DNA from: Bacillota bacterium
GTDB taxonomy: Bacteria; Bacillota; DULZ01
Assembly: GCA_041655595.1 (NCBI GenBank)
Contig: JBBAFB010000001.1
Span: forward strand, 2,168-66,167
Direction of reading: 5' to 3'
Length of the DNA: 64,000 bases
The notes below the pieces were generated by a model, which saw only the letters and a list, made by a program, of their open reading frames with translations, made no database searches and had not been told where the DNA came from. Shown one piece after another: positions 1 to 8,681 of the stretch. The number at the start of each line of letters is the position of its first letter. The first letter of the stretch is position 1. A program made the translations under genes and the position numbers.

Positions 1-707
1 ATAACGGGGATTTTCGAGCTAGAAATTTCTCTAGCAACAATTTCTGTATTAAAAGCCCATAACTCCTCCAGTGACCCGCCTCCTCTGGCAAGAACAATTA
101 AATCAACCTGCCCATGTCGATTCAAAAGTTTTATTCCTTTGACAATTGCCTCTGGAGCCTCCGGGCCTTGCACAGCAGCAGGAGAAACAATAATATTTGC
201 TTTTGGCAACCTTTCTCGAAATATTCTAAGCATGTCTTGTATGACCGCGCCTGTTAAGGAGGTAACGAGACCAATCCGCAAAGGTAATTTAGGTAAAGGT
301 TTTTTCCGATCGGTGTCAAAAAGACCCTCTTTTAATAGTTTTTCTTTTAATAATTCAAAGGTTTTGTGCAAATCGCCAATTCCCAAGGGCTGGACTTCTT
401 CTACATAGAGTTGATATATTCCATCCCTTTCGTAAATAGAAAGGGAGGCTCGCAACAGAACCTCCATCCCATTTTTTAAAGGCACTAACAAACTGCCTGC
501 CCGCGATTTGAACATTACAGCTTTAATAGAACTACCTTGATCCTTAACGGTAAAGAACAAGTGGCCGGAACCGGGCTTTTTTAAGTTGGAGATTTCACCT
601 TTTATCCAAAGATTATTTAAAAAAGGGTTACTATTTAATAATTCCTTTAGATAATTATTTAGCTCGGAAACTTGCCAACATCTCACTTTGTTAAACCGAG
701 GTTCCAT
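1..707 (-). CDS. xseA: Exodeoxyribonuclease VII large subunit, N-terminal 235 aa; 3' end lies beyond window start
   Basis: Reverse-strand translation reads MEPRFNKVRCWQVSELNNYLKELL...ARGGGSLEELWAFN (OB-fold plus conserved GGGS.E.LW motif). ATG at 707 with GAGG 9 nt upstream. xseA sits next to folD as in Bacillus. Confidence 0.8.
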   Translation of the reverse strand, partial: MEPRFNKVRCWQVSELNNYLKELLNSNPFLNNLWIKGEISNLKKPGSGHLFFTVKDQGSSIKAVMFKSRAGSLLVPLKNGMEVLLRASLSIYERDGIYQLYVEEVQPLGIGDLHKTFELLKEKLLKEGLFDTDRKKPLPKLPLRIGLVTSLTGAVIQDMLRIFRERLPKANIIVSPAAVQGPEAPEAIVKGIKLLNRHGQVDLIVLARGGGSLEELWAFNTEIVAREISSSKIPV

Positions 708-710
708 CTT

Positions 711-1355
711 TTAAAGCCTCTCTCTCACCTGAGCAACGGCCTTCTCTTTTAAATCTCTTGCCTGCACAATTAAAGCATACTTTTCCGCCTGAATTCTATC
801 TACATAGTCGGCATCCTTAATTCCCGGAAGATTTATGTCCACACTCAAAAGTACACTATTTAAGGCGGCTTCCGCCACGTAAGCCGCAACCCCCACATCA
901 CTGATTGCGCCTTTATTACCATACAGCGATAATTCTTCCGCCAAAACCAGCCCATCCAGACAAACCCTTGCAATTTCCATGGGGGTATCTGTGGCGGCTT
1001 TTAGGGCTTCCTGCATTTTTTGGGCTCTCCTGGATTTTTCCTCATCGGTCTCCCTAGGCAGTTTTAAAGCATCCATAAATTTTCCAAAGACCTTCATATC
1101 ATCTGCTACCAGTTTTTCTAGCTTCAGTAAGAGATCTTCAGTCTTCGCTAAAAGTTCTTTGGTCTGAGGTTCCACATCTTTATACTTTTCCTTACCGACA
1201 GTTAAATTTCCCACCATGGATACCATAGCAACCCCGAAGCTTGCCACCATAGCAGACACACTGCCCCCACCCGGAGTTGGTGCATCGGAGGCCGAAGCCT
1301 CCAACACCTGTTTTAAAGAAGAGTCGAAGATATTGTCCATTTCGTAATCCTCCAT
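711..1355 (-). CDS. fchA: Methenyltetrahydrofolate cyclohydrolase / formiminotransferase-cyclodeaminase-like (FchA family)
   Basis: Cyclodeaminase signature LEASASDAPTPGGGSVSAMVASFG. Directly downstream of folD. Start is ambiguous: the ORF track starts at 1400 and overlaps folD; the in-frame ATG at 1355 (or 1340, which has a GGAGGA RBS) avoids the overlap. Confidence 0.65.
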   Translation of the reverse strand: MEDYEMDNIFDSSLKQVLEASASDAPTPGGGSVSAMVASFGVAMVSMVGNLTVGKEKYKDVEPQTKELLAKTEDLLLKLEKLVADDMKVFGKFMDALKLPRETDEEKSRRAQKMQEALKAATDTPMEIARVCLDGLVLAEELSLYGNKGAISDVGVAAYVAEAALNSVLLSVDINLPGIKDADYVDRIQAEKYALIVQARDLKEKAVAQVRERL

Positions 1356-1359
1356 CAAT

Positions 1360-2217
1360 TTAATTATTTGCCCCTTGAAGTTTGATTCCCAATAAGACAT
1401 TTTTAAAAAGCAACGCAGTAGTCAAAGAACCAACTCCACCGGGTACCGGGGTAATGGCACCGGCCACTTCCCTGACGGCTTCATAATCCACATCTCCGGT
1501 AATGCCGCCTTCTATTTCATTAATTCCTGCATCTACAACAATTGCACCGGGTTTTATCATGTCCTTGGTAATCATGTGCGCCTTCCCTACCGCTGCTATT
1601 ACAATATCTCCTTGACGGGTATGGTAACCCAAATCCGGAGTTCGGGAGTGACAGATGGTAATAGTGGGATGATATTTCAGCAATAAAAATACCAAAGGTT
1701 TGCCGACAGTTTCCCCTCTCCCGACAATCACTGCATGTTTACCCTTAATCTCAACACCGGAGCGCAACAAGACCTCTACACAGCTTTGAGGAGTTGCGGG
1801 AAAAAGGCCCTCCTGCCCGCTTAAAATATAACCCCGATTAACAGGATGCACCCCATCAACATCTTTTAAAGGGTTTACCGCTTCCATTATCTTCTCTTTG
1901 GATAAGTGACCGGGCAAAGGTAGTTCAATCATGATACCGTGCACAGAGGCATCCGCGTTTAATTTGTGGATTAAAGTCAGAATTTCTTCTTCCGGAACAT
2001 CTTCCGCTAAAGTAAAGAGCTCAAAATCAATGCCAACTTTCTCCGCTGCCCTTTTTTTAGAATTTGCGTAGACTACTGATGCCGGGTCATCCCCTGCCAA
2101 AATTACCGCCAATTTTGGTGTAATTCCATTGCTTCGCAATTGTTCAGCTTCTAACCTTACTTCCTCCCTAATTTCCGCCGCTATGGCTCTTCCATCAATT
2201 AATTTTGCCAACAACAC
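1360..2217 (-). CDS. folD: Bifunctional 5,10-methylene-THF dehydrogenase / 5,10-methenyl-THF cyclohydrolase
   Basis: 285 aa. N-term MLLAKLIDGRAIAAEIREEV, GDDPASVVY and NAD(P)-fold VIVGRGETVGKP motifs typical of FolD. Confidence 0.9.
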   Translation of the reverse strand: MLLAKLIDGRAIAAEIREEVRLEAEQLRSNGITPKLAVILAGDDPASVVYANSKKRAAEKVGIDFELFTLAEDVPEEEILTLIHKLNADASVHGIMIELPLPGHLSKEKIMEAVNPLKDVDGVHPVNRGYILSGQEGLFPATPQSCVEVLLRSGVEIKGKHAVIVGRGETVGKPLVFLLLKYHPTITICHSRTPDLGYHTRQGDIVIAAVGKAHMITKDMIKPGAIVVDAGINEIEGGITGDVDYEAVREVAGAITPVPGGVGSLTTALLFKNVLLGIKLQGANN

Positions 2218-2260
2218 CTGCTCCTTTCAATTGATTCTTATGATAGTTTTACTTTCAAAC

Positions 2261-3673
2261 TTAAATTAGGTTGTTTTTTTGTTTTCCCTGCAAATAACGA
2301 TCTATTGCATTAGCTGCCTTTTTGCCTGCTCCCATAGCTAAAATAACCGTGGCTGCTCCGGTTACGATATCTCCACCGGCAAATACCCCCTCAATTGAAG
2401 TCTGTCCTGTTTCTTCATCTGCTATAATATTGCCCCATTTATTAGTTTCCAAGCCTTGTGTAGTGGCTGGCACCAAGGGGTTTGGACCTTGTCCTATAGC
2501 CATCACCACGGTGTCCATTTCCATCACGAATTCAGAACCTTCAATAGCTATCGGTCTCCTCCTCCCCGATGCATCCGGCTCCCCTAATTCGTATTTTAAG
2601 CATTTTAGACCTTTGACCCAACCGTCTTCATTGCCCAGGACCTCAACGGGGCTGGTCAGTAGTTTTAATTGTACCCCTTCTTCAATAGCGTGTTCCAATT
2701 CTTCACGCCTAGCGGGAATTTCAGTCTCAGAACGACGATAAACTATATATACCTCCTCGGCACCCAAACGCAAGGCTGTTCTAGCGGCATCCATGGCCAC
2801 ATTGCCGGCCCCGCAAACTGCAACCCGTTTGCCGATCTGAATCGGTGTTGCATATTCAGGAAACAAATATGCTTTCATTAAATTAACTCTGGTTAAAAAC
2901 TCATTGGCTGAATAAACACCATTGAGGTTTTCTCCCGGAATATTTAAAAAGTAGGGCAAACCTGCGCCAGTACCTATAAACACAGCATCAAAACCTTTAG
3001 CCAACAGCTCATTGACGGTATCAAGTTTACCCACAACGCTATTGACCTTAATTTCAACTCCTAAATCCCTGATCATATCTATTTCTTGTTGTACCACCGC
3101 TTTGGGTAAACGAAATTCAGGTATGCCGTACATGAGTACCCCGCCGGGCACATGTAAAGCCTCAAAAACTTCAACATCGTAACCCTTTTTACGTAGGTCT
3201 CCAGCACAAGTGAGGCCCGAAGGGCCGGCTCCCACAACAGCAACCTTCATTCCATTGCTAATTGGTTTTTCCGGTTTTACTTGATTATGTTTCATTGCAT
3301 AGTCCGCCGCGAAACGCTCTAAACGGCCAATTGCAACCGGTTCATTTTTTCTCCCCACCACACAAAGTTTCTCGCATTGACTTTCTTGGGGGCAAACCCT
3401 ACCACAAATTGCGGGCAAATTGTTATATTCCATAATACTAACTGCTGCACCAAAAAAATCATTTTCACGGATTTTAAGAATAAAATCAGGTATATTTATG
3501 TTGACAGGGCAACCTTCAATGCAAAAGGGTCTTTTACATTGAATGCAACGTTGGGCCTCTTTAATCGCCTCTTCCGGAGTATAGCCTAGAGCAACTTCGC
3601 TAAAATTTTTAATTCTGATCTCCGGATCCTGAGTTGGCATTGGAGTCTTATGTTTAATTATTGACATCCGCAA
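2261..3673 (-). CDS. nfnB: GltD-family NADPH-dependent oxidoreductase large subunit (NfnB / SudA-like; 2x[4Fe-4S] + FAD)
   Basis: 470 aa. N-terminal Cys clusters CIQCKRPFCIEGCP and CGRVCPQESQCEKLC, then VAVVGAGPSGLTCAGDL FAD/NAD(P) fold. Overlaps the upstream small subunit by 16 nt, as in nfnAB. Confidence 0.7.
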   Translation of the reverse strand: MRMSIIKHKTPMPTQDPEIRIKNFSEVALGYTPEEAIKEAQRCIQCKRPFCIEGCPVNINIPDFILKIRENDFFGAAVSIMEYNNLPAICGRVCPQESQCEKLCVVGRKNEPVAIGRLERFAADYAMKHNQVKPEKPISNGMKVAVVGAGPSGLTCAGDLRKKGYDVEVFEALHVPGGVLMYGIPEFRLPKAVVQQEIDMIRDLGVEIKVNSVVGKLDTVNELLAKGFDAVFIGTGAGLPYFLNIPGENLNGVYSANEFLTRVNLMKAYLFPEYATPIQIGKRVAVCGAGNVAMDAARTALRLGAEEVYIVYRRSETEIPARREELEHAIEEGVQLKLLTSPVEVLGNEDGWVKGLKCLKYELGEPDASGRRRPIAIEGSEFVMEMDTVVMAIGQGPNPLVPATTQGLETNKWGNIIADEETGQTSIEGVFAGGDIVTGAATVILAMGAGKKAANAIDRYLQGKQKNNLI

Positions 3674-4497
3674 TCACCCCCGCATTTATGATGTTCTATA
3701 ATTTGCTTTTCTTCTTGTTTATACATATTACTACGTCTTAGAGCCAATTGCCAGTCTACTAAATGCCCATCGAATTCCGGGCCATCAACACAGGCAAATT
3801 TTGTTTCATCCCCAACAGCAACACGGCAAGCACCACACATACCTGTCCCATCCACCATGATGGGATTCATACTTACAATGGTTTTAATTCCTGCCGCTTT
3901 AGTTGATTCAGAAACAGCCCTCATCATCACAACAGGACCGATTGCCCAGATTTGATCAATTTTTTCTTCCATCATAATTTCTTTTAAGATGTCAGTTACA
4001 AATCCTTGTCTGCCATAGGAACCGTCATCCGTAGCTACTAACAAACGATTACTGGCCATTTCCATTTCCTTTTCCCAGAAAAGCAAGTCGGCGCATCTTG
4101 CACCTATTATAGATATTACTTCATTTCCCGCTTCCTTGAGGGCCCTTGCAATTGGAAATACAGGAGCGATTCCAACACCGCCGCCTATGCAAATTACTTT
4201 GCCAAAGTTTTCAATTAAAGTCGGCTCTCCCAAAGGGCCTACAAAATCTAGCAAAGACTGCCCCGCTTCCAACTTGCCTAGTTCAGTGGTTGAGTGTCCT
4301 ACTTCCTGGAAGATAATAGTAATAGTGCCCAAGCTTCTGTCAAAATCTGCTACGGTCAATGGTATTCTTTCGCCTTGCTCATTAATTCTCAAAATTACAA
4401 ACTGTCCTGGTTTAACTTTTTTCGCTATTTCTGGTGCCTTTATGTCCATCAATTTTAGTGTAGGCGAAAAAACCTCTTTTTTTAAAATTTCGTACAA
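3658..4497 (-). CDS. nfnA: PyrK-like FAD/[2Fe-2S] electron-transfer subunit (NfnA / SudB-like)
   Basis: 279 aa. FAD-binding beta-barrel and C-terminal GMCGACRV...C [2Fe-2S] motif. Translationally coupled to the GltD-like gene. Confidence 0.7.
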   Translation of the reverse strand: MYEILKKEVFSPTLKLMDIKAPEIAKKVKPGQFVILRINEQGERIPLTVADFDRSLGTITIIFQEVGHSTTELGKLEAGQSLLDFVGPLGEPTLIENFGKVICIGGGVGIAPVFPIARALKEAGNEVISIIGARCADLLFWEKEMEMASNRLLVATDDGSYGRQGFVTDILKEIMMEEKIDQIWAIGPVVMMRAVSESTKAAGIKTIVSMNPIMVDGTGMCGACRVAVGDETKFACVDGPEFDGHLVDWQLALRRSNMYKQEEKQIIEHHKCGGDCGCQ

Positions 4498-4566
4498 AAT
4501 GCGTTCCCCCTGTCAACTTAAAATTTAGCTAATAGCTTATTCTATTTATTTTTGTTTAACCCTTTA

Positions 4567-5562
4567 TCAAAAATTTGTAAAAGCTCTTTTTAATATCCCT
4601 CTTTGCCGGGCAATTAAACCCGACAGTGCCGTTCCCACTGCATTATCTGTACTGTAATAAGGATCTGCAAAAAACAGCTCCCCTCCGACGGCAGCGTGTT
4701 CCAGTCTTAAAGATAGTTTCTTTCTTAGATGCCGATTTGCCGCCACCCCGCCTACCAGCAAAATTTTATTTAGACCTGTGTTCTTTATGCCCTCAAGTGC
4801 CACCTTTTCAATGGTTTTAGTTATACAATTTTCTATTGCTCTGGCAACCGTTTCAAAAGGATGGCCTTCCTCTATCAATTTTAAAGCGTGAGTCTCCCCG
4901 CCCGAAAAACTGAAGTTATAACCGCTGACATAAGAGGGGATGTATGTATCCTGACTCTTGGATGCTGTTGCCAGTTTCTCCAAATGCACTCCTGCCGGAA
5001 AAGGTAAACCCATAGCTACACCGATGCGGTCTACAAATTGGCCCGCGTGTAAATCCAATGTTCCCCCTAAATAGTCAATTTTAAAGATTTCTTCCCCTTT
5101 TGCACCGGAAACTCGTAGCAGCTCCGATGTTCCGCCGGATAAATGCACTGCTAAAAAATCAGCATCCCAATCCAACTCACTTGACCAAAGACCAGCTAAC
5201 AGGTGGCCTTCCTGGTGTGATGTTGCCCAAAAAGGGACCCCAAAAAACTCCGCTAAGACCCGCCCTTGTGATTCCCCGACTGTAAAAACCGGCATGTAGG
5301 AATCTTTCATTGGCCTAGGTCTTGTGCTGGCAGCTATCGCCAAAATATTCTCACTTTTAATAGCCTCTTTTATTCCTTGGAAAATGGTTTTCATGTTTTG
5401 CACATGCTGAAACACCGCCTGTGATTGCTGTAAACCTCTTTTCCCCTGAGGAACCTTCAGTACCAGACGGTGTTCCTTGATCAGCTTTAGTTCCTGATTC
5501 ATGATAGCTATGCTGGTAGTGTAACAACTTGTGTCGATGCCAACTATAATACCCACAATCAA
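4567..5562 (-). CDS. TsaD/Kae1/Qri7-family (ASKHA) protein, divergent paralog
   Basis: GIDTSCYTTSIAI N-terminus matches the TsaD GIETSCDDT motif. The second conserved block is SHQEGHLL rather than the HHxEGH metal-binding dyad of canonical TsaD (first His is Ser). Tail motifs GGVAAN and YSTDNA are present. Confidence 0.55.
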   Translation of the reverse strand: MIVGIIVGIDTSCYTTSIAIMNQELKLIKEHRLVLKVPQGKRGLQQSQAVFQHVQNMKTIFQGIKEAIKSENILAIAASTRPRPMKDSYMPVFTVGESQGRVLAEFFGVPFWATSHQEGHLLAGLWSSELDWDADFLAVHLSGGTSELLRVSGAKGEEIFKIDYLGGTLDLHAGQFVDRIGVAMGLPFPAGVHLEKLATASKSQDTYIPSYVSGYNFSFSGGETHALKLIEEGHPFETVARAIENCITKTIEKVALEGIKNTGLNKILLVGGVAANRHLRKKLSLRLEHAAVGGELFFADPYYSTDNAVGTALSGLIARQRGILKRAFTNF

Positions 5563-5570
5563 ACTCCTAC

Positions 5571-5996
5571 TTAGCTACTTGCTTCCCGCTTACAGGTCCG
5601 CCATATTTCGTCCAGCACCCCATTAACAAAGGCCCCTGATTCATGATCACTATAGGACTTAGCCAGTTCAATCGCCTCGTTAATTATAACTTTGTAAGGT
5701 GTATCTTTTGTAAATAGTAATTCATAAACAGCCAGGCGAAGAACACTTCTTTCCACACTTGCCATCCTTTTTAAATCCCATTCCGGTGACTTCCGGGCGA
5801 TTAACTCATCAATTGCATCTTGATTTTCCAAAACTCCCAGAACCAGTGAAGGCCCAAATTCATTAGCAAGGTCAGTTGCCCGCTCTGTATCAAAAGTATA
5901 GCAAAGAGCCTTTTCCGGACTAATGTGACCAACATCTATTTGAAATAATGCTTGCATCGCTTTTACCCGACTAGTTTTTCTGCTCAACTGTGTCAC
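5571..5996 (-). CDS. nusB: Transcription antitermination factor NusB
   Basis: 141 aa. RVKAMQALFQ...LAVYELL NusB fold, next to folD as in Bacillus. Confidence 0.9.
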   Translation of the reverse strand: MTQLSRKTSRVKAMQALFQIDVGHISPEKALCYTFDTERATDLANEFGPSLVLGVLENQDAIDELIARKSPEWDLKRMASVERSVLRLAVYELLFTKDTPYKVIINEAIELAKSYSDHESGAFVNGVLDEIWRTCKREASS

Positions 5997-6007
5997 CTCA
6001 AAGGAAT

Positions 6008-6235
6008 TTATTCATCAAACCAGCGATCAAGAAACCGTCTGAGGCTACCTTGTTCATCTGCCCTTTTACCAACAAGGTAGCCTAAAATAATGCAAATTGT
6101 GATAAAAAAGGTTTTCCAAAAACCTAACACCGCAGTGAAAACCCCGAAAAACAACCCAATTATTACGCCCAAAGCTTTGCCTCGGTGCTCCTGCCAAATG
6201 TACTTAATCATTTCTTCCCACTTCAAAAGTATCAC
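6008..6235 (-). CDS. Small integral membrane protein (DUF2273-like)
   Basis: 75 aa with two TM helices (GVIIGLFFGVFTAVLGFWKTFFITICIILGYLVG). Occupies the position of the small membrane-protein gene in Asp23 operons. Confidence 0.5.
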   Translation of the reverse strand: MILLKWEEMIKYIWQEHRGKALGVIIGLFFGVFTAVLGFWKTFFITICIILGYLVGKRADEQGSLRRFLDRWFDE

Positions 6236-6240
6236 CTCTA

Positions 6241-6777
6241 TCAGTTAACCCTTGTCCTATTTCCGGATGCCGTAGCCTCCACCACAACTTTTGCTTCCAG
6301 TAGATTAATGCCCGCGTGGGTCTCCAGATATTCTTTGACAGCGCCCTGAATTTGCTGGCTAATCTCGGGAATATTTGTTTCTGGTAGAAGCTGCATTTTA
6401 AGTAAGAGTGCCACACCTTCGGGTGTACATTTAATTTTGGGATTTACACCGGAGATTCCGTCAATTGATTGCAGGGATTTCCTGATCATGTTCTCAATAG
6501 CGTCCTGAGTTATATGAATTTCGCCCAAAGGCATTGGTTTAATGTAAGCCAACAGCCTTCCATCGCTACGAAAACTATCAAAAAACAGTTTTAGCGTCAG
6601 CAAAAAGACCAAAATAGCAACTGCCGCAACAACCCAACTGGTTTGTTGCTGAGCTAAGGCTGCTTCTATGGTTTTCATGGGCAAATCCCAACCCAAGGCT
6701 ACTAAAGTTACCAGCAAAGCTAAGGCGGCTATTAGCAAACTATAGATACCTATTAAAACGTTCTGATAATGCTTCAT
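6241..6777 (-). CDS. Alkaline-shock-operon membrane anchor (AmaP-like) protein
   Basis: 178 aa. Two N-terminal TM helices, soluble C-domain, sits immediately downstream of the Asp23 gene. Confidence 0.45.
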   Translation of the reverse strand: MKHYQNVLIGIYSLLIAALALLVTLVALGWDLPMKTIEAALAQQQTSWVVAAVAILVFLLTLKLFFDSFRSDGRLLAYIKPMPLGEIHITQDAIENMIRKSLQSIDGISGVNPKIKCTPEGVALLLKMQLLPETNIPEISQQIQGAVKEYLETHAGINLLEAKVVVEATASGNRTRVN

Positions 6778-6796
6778 CAGTTAAATCCCCCTTCTT

Positions 6797-7207
6797 TTAC
6801 CTAACTCGCTGTTCTTCCTCGGGCTTTTCGGCTTGAGGGAATTCAACTCCTTGTACATGAATATTTACTTCCACAACCTTAAGACCGGTCATGCCCTCAA
6901 TTGCTTGTTTAACATCTTGTTGAATCTTTAAACAAACATCGGGAATCCTTACTCCAAATTCTACAATAACAAAAATATCAACCGCTGCTTCCTTTTCACC
7001 TACCTCCACCTTTACACCCTTAGCTAAGTTTCTCCGGCCTAACATCTCCGCAATACCGCCTGCAATACCGCCGCTCATACCCGCCACTCCACTAACCTCG
7101 GTGGCCGCTAAACCGGCAACAATGGCAACCACTTCATCTGCAATTTTTACAGTTCCTTGCTCATTAACTTTCAGATCAGTTTTCTTTTCCGAATCAGCCA
7201 TAATCAT
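6797..7207 (-). CDS. Asp23/Gls24 family envelope stress protein
   Basis: 136 aa. TVKIADEVVAIVAGLAATEVSGVAGM is the hallmark Asp23 N-terminal motif. Confidence 0.8.
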   Translation of the reverse strand: MIMADSEKKTDLKVNEQGTVKIADEVVAIVAGLAATEVSGVAGMSGGIAGGIAEMLGRRNLAKGVKVEVGEKEAAVDIFVIVEFGVRIPDVCLKIQQDVKQAIEGMTGLKVVEVNIHVQGVEFPQAEKPEEEQRVR

Positions 7208-7239
7208 ACCCCTTTCTATTTATTTTTAACTGTATGCCT

Positions 7240-7269
7240 AGTATACCAAAGAGTAGTTTGTTTTGACAA
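7240..7269 (-). promoter_or_regulatory. Sigma-A-type promoter for the asp23 cluster: TTGTCA-N18-(TGg)TATACT
   Basis: Minus-strand TTGTCA at 7264-7269 and an extended -10 TGGTATACT at 7240-7248, about 35 nt upstream of the Asp23 start codon. Confidence 0.45.
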
Positions 7270-7331
7270 TGTTATCCTGAAAAAACGCTAATTAGCAATT
7301 GAAACAAAATTTTGACCTTCAGCTTTTGTCT

Positions 7332-8678
7332 TTAGGCACCGAGAACACGCCTTTGAATAAAGTTAGTATAGATATCCCCTTTTTGATAAAAGGCATTATC
7401 TAGAACTTGCAAATGAAAGCGGGCTGTAGTTTCAACACCTTCAATAATTAATTCGCTTAAAACCCGTTTCATCTTTTTAATAGCTTCTTCCCTGCTTACC
7501 CCCCAAACAATCATTTTGCCGATTAACGAATCGTAGTAGGGTGGTATTTTGTAGCCTTCGTAAATATGCGAATCGAATCTAACACCAAATCCCCCCGGTA
7601 CATAGAGCTTTGTTATAACTCCGGGATTCGGTTTAAATCCATTCTTTGCATCCTCCGCATTAATTCTACATTCAATAGCCGCCCCTCGAAAGGATACTTC
7701 CTCTTGTCTGATTGAAAGAGGTAAGTTACGGGCTATCTTGATTTGTTCTTTAACTAAATCTACACCGGTGATCATTTCCGTAATCGGGTGTTCAACCTGC
7801 AGACGTGTATTCATTTCCATAAAATAAAAATTGGCATTGCGATCCAATAAAAACTCTACCGTACCTAGACCAAAATAACCGACAGATCTGGCCGCAGCTA
7901 TGGCTGCTTTTGCCATTTCATTTCTAATTTCCGTGGAAAGCCCATAGGCCGGTGCTTCTTCTAGGATTTTTTGATGTCTCCTCTGCAAGGAACAGTCCCT
8001 TTCCCCCAAATGAATAATATTGCCATGCTGATCCGCTAAAATTTGTATCTCGATATGGCGCGGTTCTTCTAAATATTTCTCCAAATAAACGCTGTTGTCA
8101 GCAAAGGCGGCTTCTGCTTCTCTTTGTGCCATTTTTATTGCTTGGTCCAAACCATCTTCATTTTGTACAATTCGCATCCCTTTGCCCCCCCCGCCTGCTG
8201 AGGCTTTCACAATAACAGGATACCCCATTTTCGCCGCACAATTCGCTGCCTTGCTGGAGTCGGTCAAGATCCCAGTTGAACCGGGAACCACGGGTACCCC
8301 GGCTTGTTGCATTACTTCCCTGGCCCTAGCCTTTGCCCCCATTACTCTTATACTTTTGGGCGAGGGCCCGATAAAAACAAGGTCGGAATTTAAGCACATT
8401 TCGGCAAAAAAGGGGTTTTCGGACAGGAAACCGTAACCGGGGTGGATTGCGTCACTTTTAGTCATTTTGGCAGCTGTTATTAAGTTAGAAATATTTAAAT
8501 AACTGCTATTGGAGTTTGGTGCCCCGATACAAATGGCTTCACCCGCTAGTTTTACATGAAGGGCATCTTTATCTGCCTCGGAATAAACCGCAACAGTCTT
8601 AATTCCTAATTCGTGGCAAGCTTGAATTACACGTACTGCCACTTCACCGCGATTGGCCACTAATATTTTTTTAAACAT
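7332..8678 (-). CDS. accC: Biotin carboxylase (AccC / pyruvate carboxylase subunit A)
   Basis: 448 aa. MFKKILVANRGEVAVRVIQAC ATP-grasp biotin carboxylase. Sits directly downstream of a carboxyltransferase-BCCP fusion rather than a stand-alone accB. Confidence 0.85.
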   Translation of the reverse strand: MFKKILVANRGEVAVRVIQACHELGIKTVAVYSEADKDALHVKLAGEAICIGAPNSNSSYLNISNLITAAKMTKSDAIHPGYGFLSENPFFAEMCLNSDLVFIGPSPKSIRVMGAKARAREVMQQAGVPVVPGSTGILTDSSKAANCAAKMGYPVIVKASAGGGGKGMRIVQNEDGLDQAIKMAQREAEAAFADNSVYLEKYLEEPRHIEIQILADQHGNIIHLGERDCSLQRRHQKILEEAPAYGLSTEIRNEMAKAAIAAARSVGYFGLGTVEFLLDRNANFYFMEMNTRLQVEHPITEMITGVDLVKEQIKIARNLPLSIRQEEVSFRGAAIECRINAEDAKNGFKPNPGVITKLYVPGGFGVRFDSHIYEGYKIPPYYDSLIGKMIVWGVSREEAIKKMKRVLSELIIEGVETTARFHLQVLDNAFYQKGDIYTNFIQRRVLGA

Positions 8679-8681
8679 GGT

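Noticed and set aside
139-408. 89-aa plus-strand ORF at the window start
   Set aside because: Lies entirely inside the minus-strand xseA coding sequence, which has a clear RecJ-OB/GGGS.E.LW signature. No RBS. It is a typical shadow ORF.
6204-6416. 70-aa minus-strand ORF
   Set aside because: Overlaps in a different frame with both the DUF2273 gene and the AmaP-like gene, has no RBS and shows Arg/Trp-rich composition. It is spurious.
7332-8678. Annotating the biotin carboxylase simply as the fatty-acid-synthesis AccC on synteny alone
   Set aside because: The adjacent gene is a carboxyltransferase-BCCP fusion rather than accB, so the functional call is left open between AccC and PycA pending genome-wide context.
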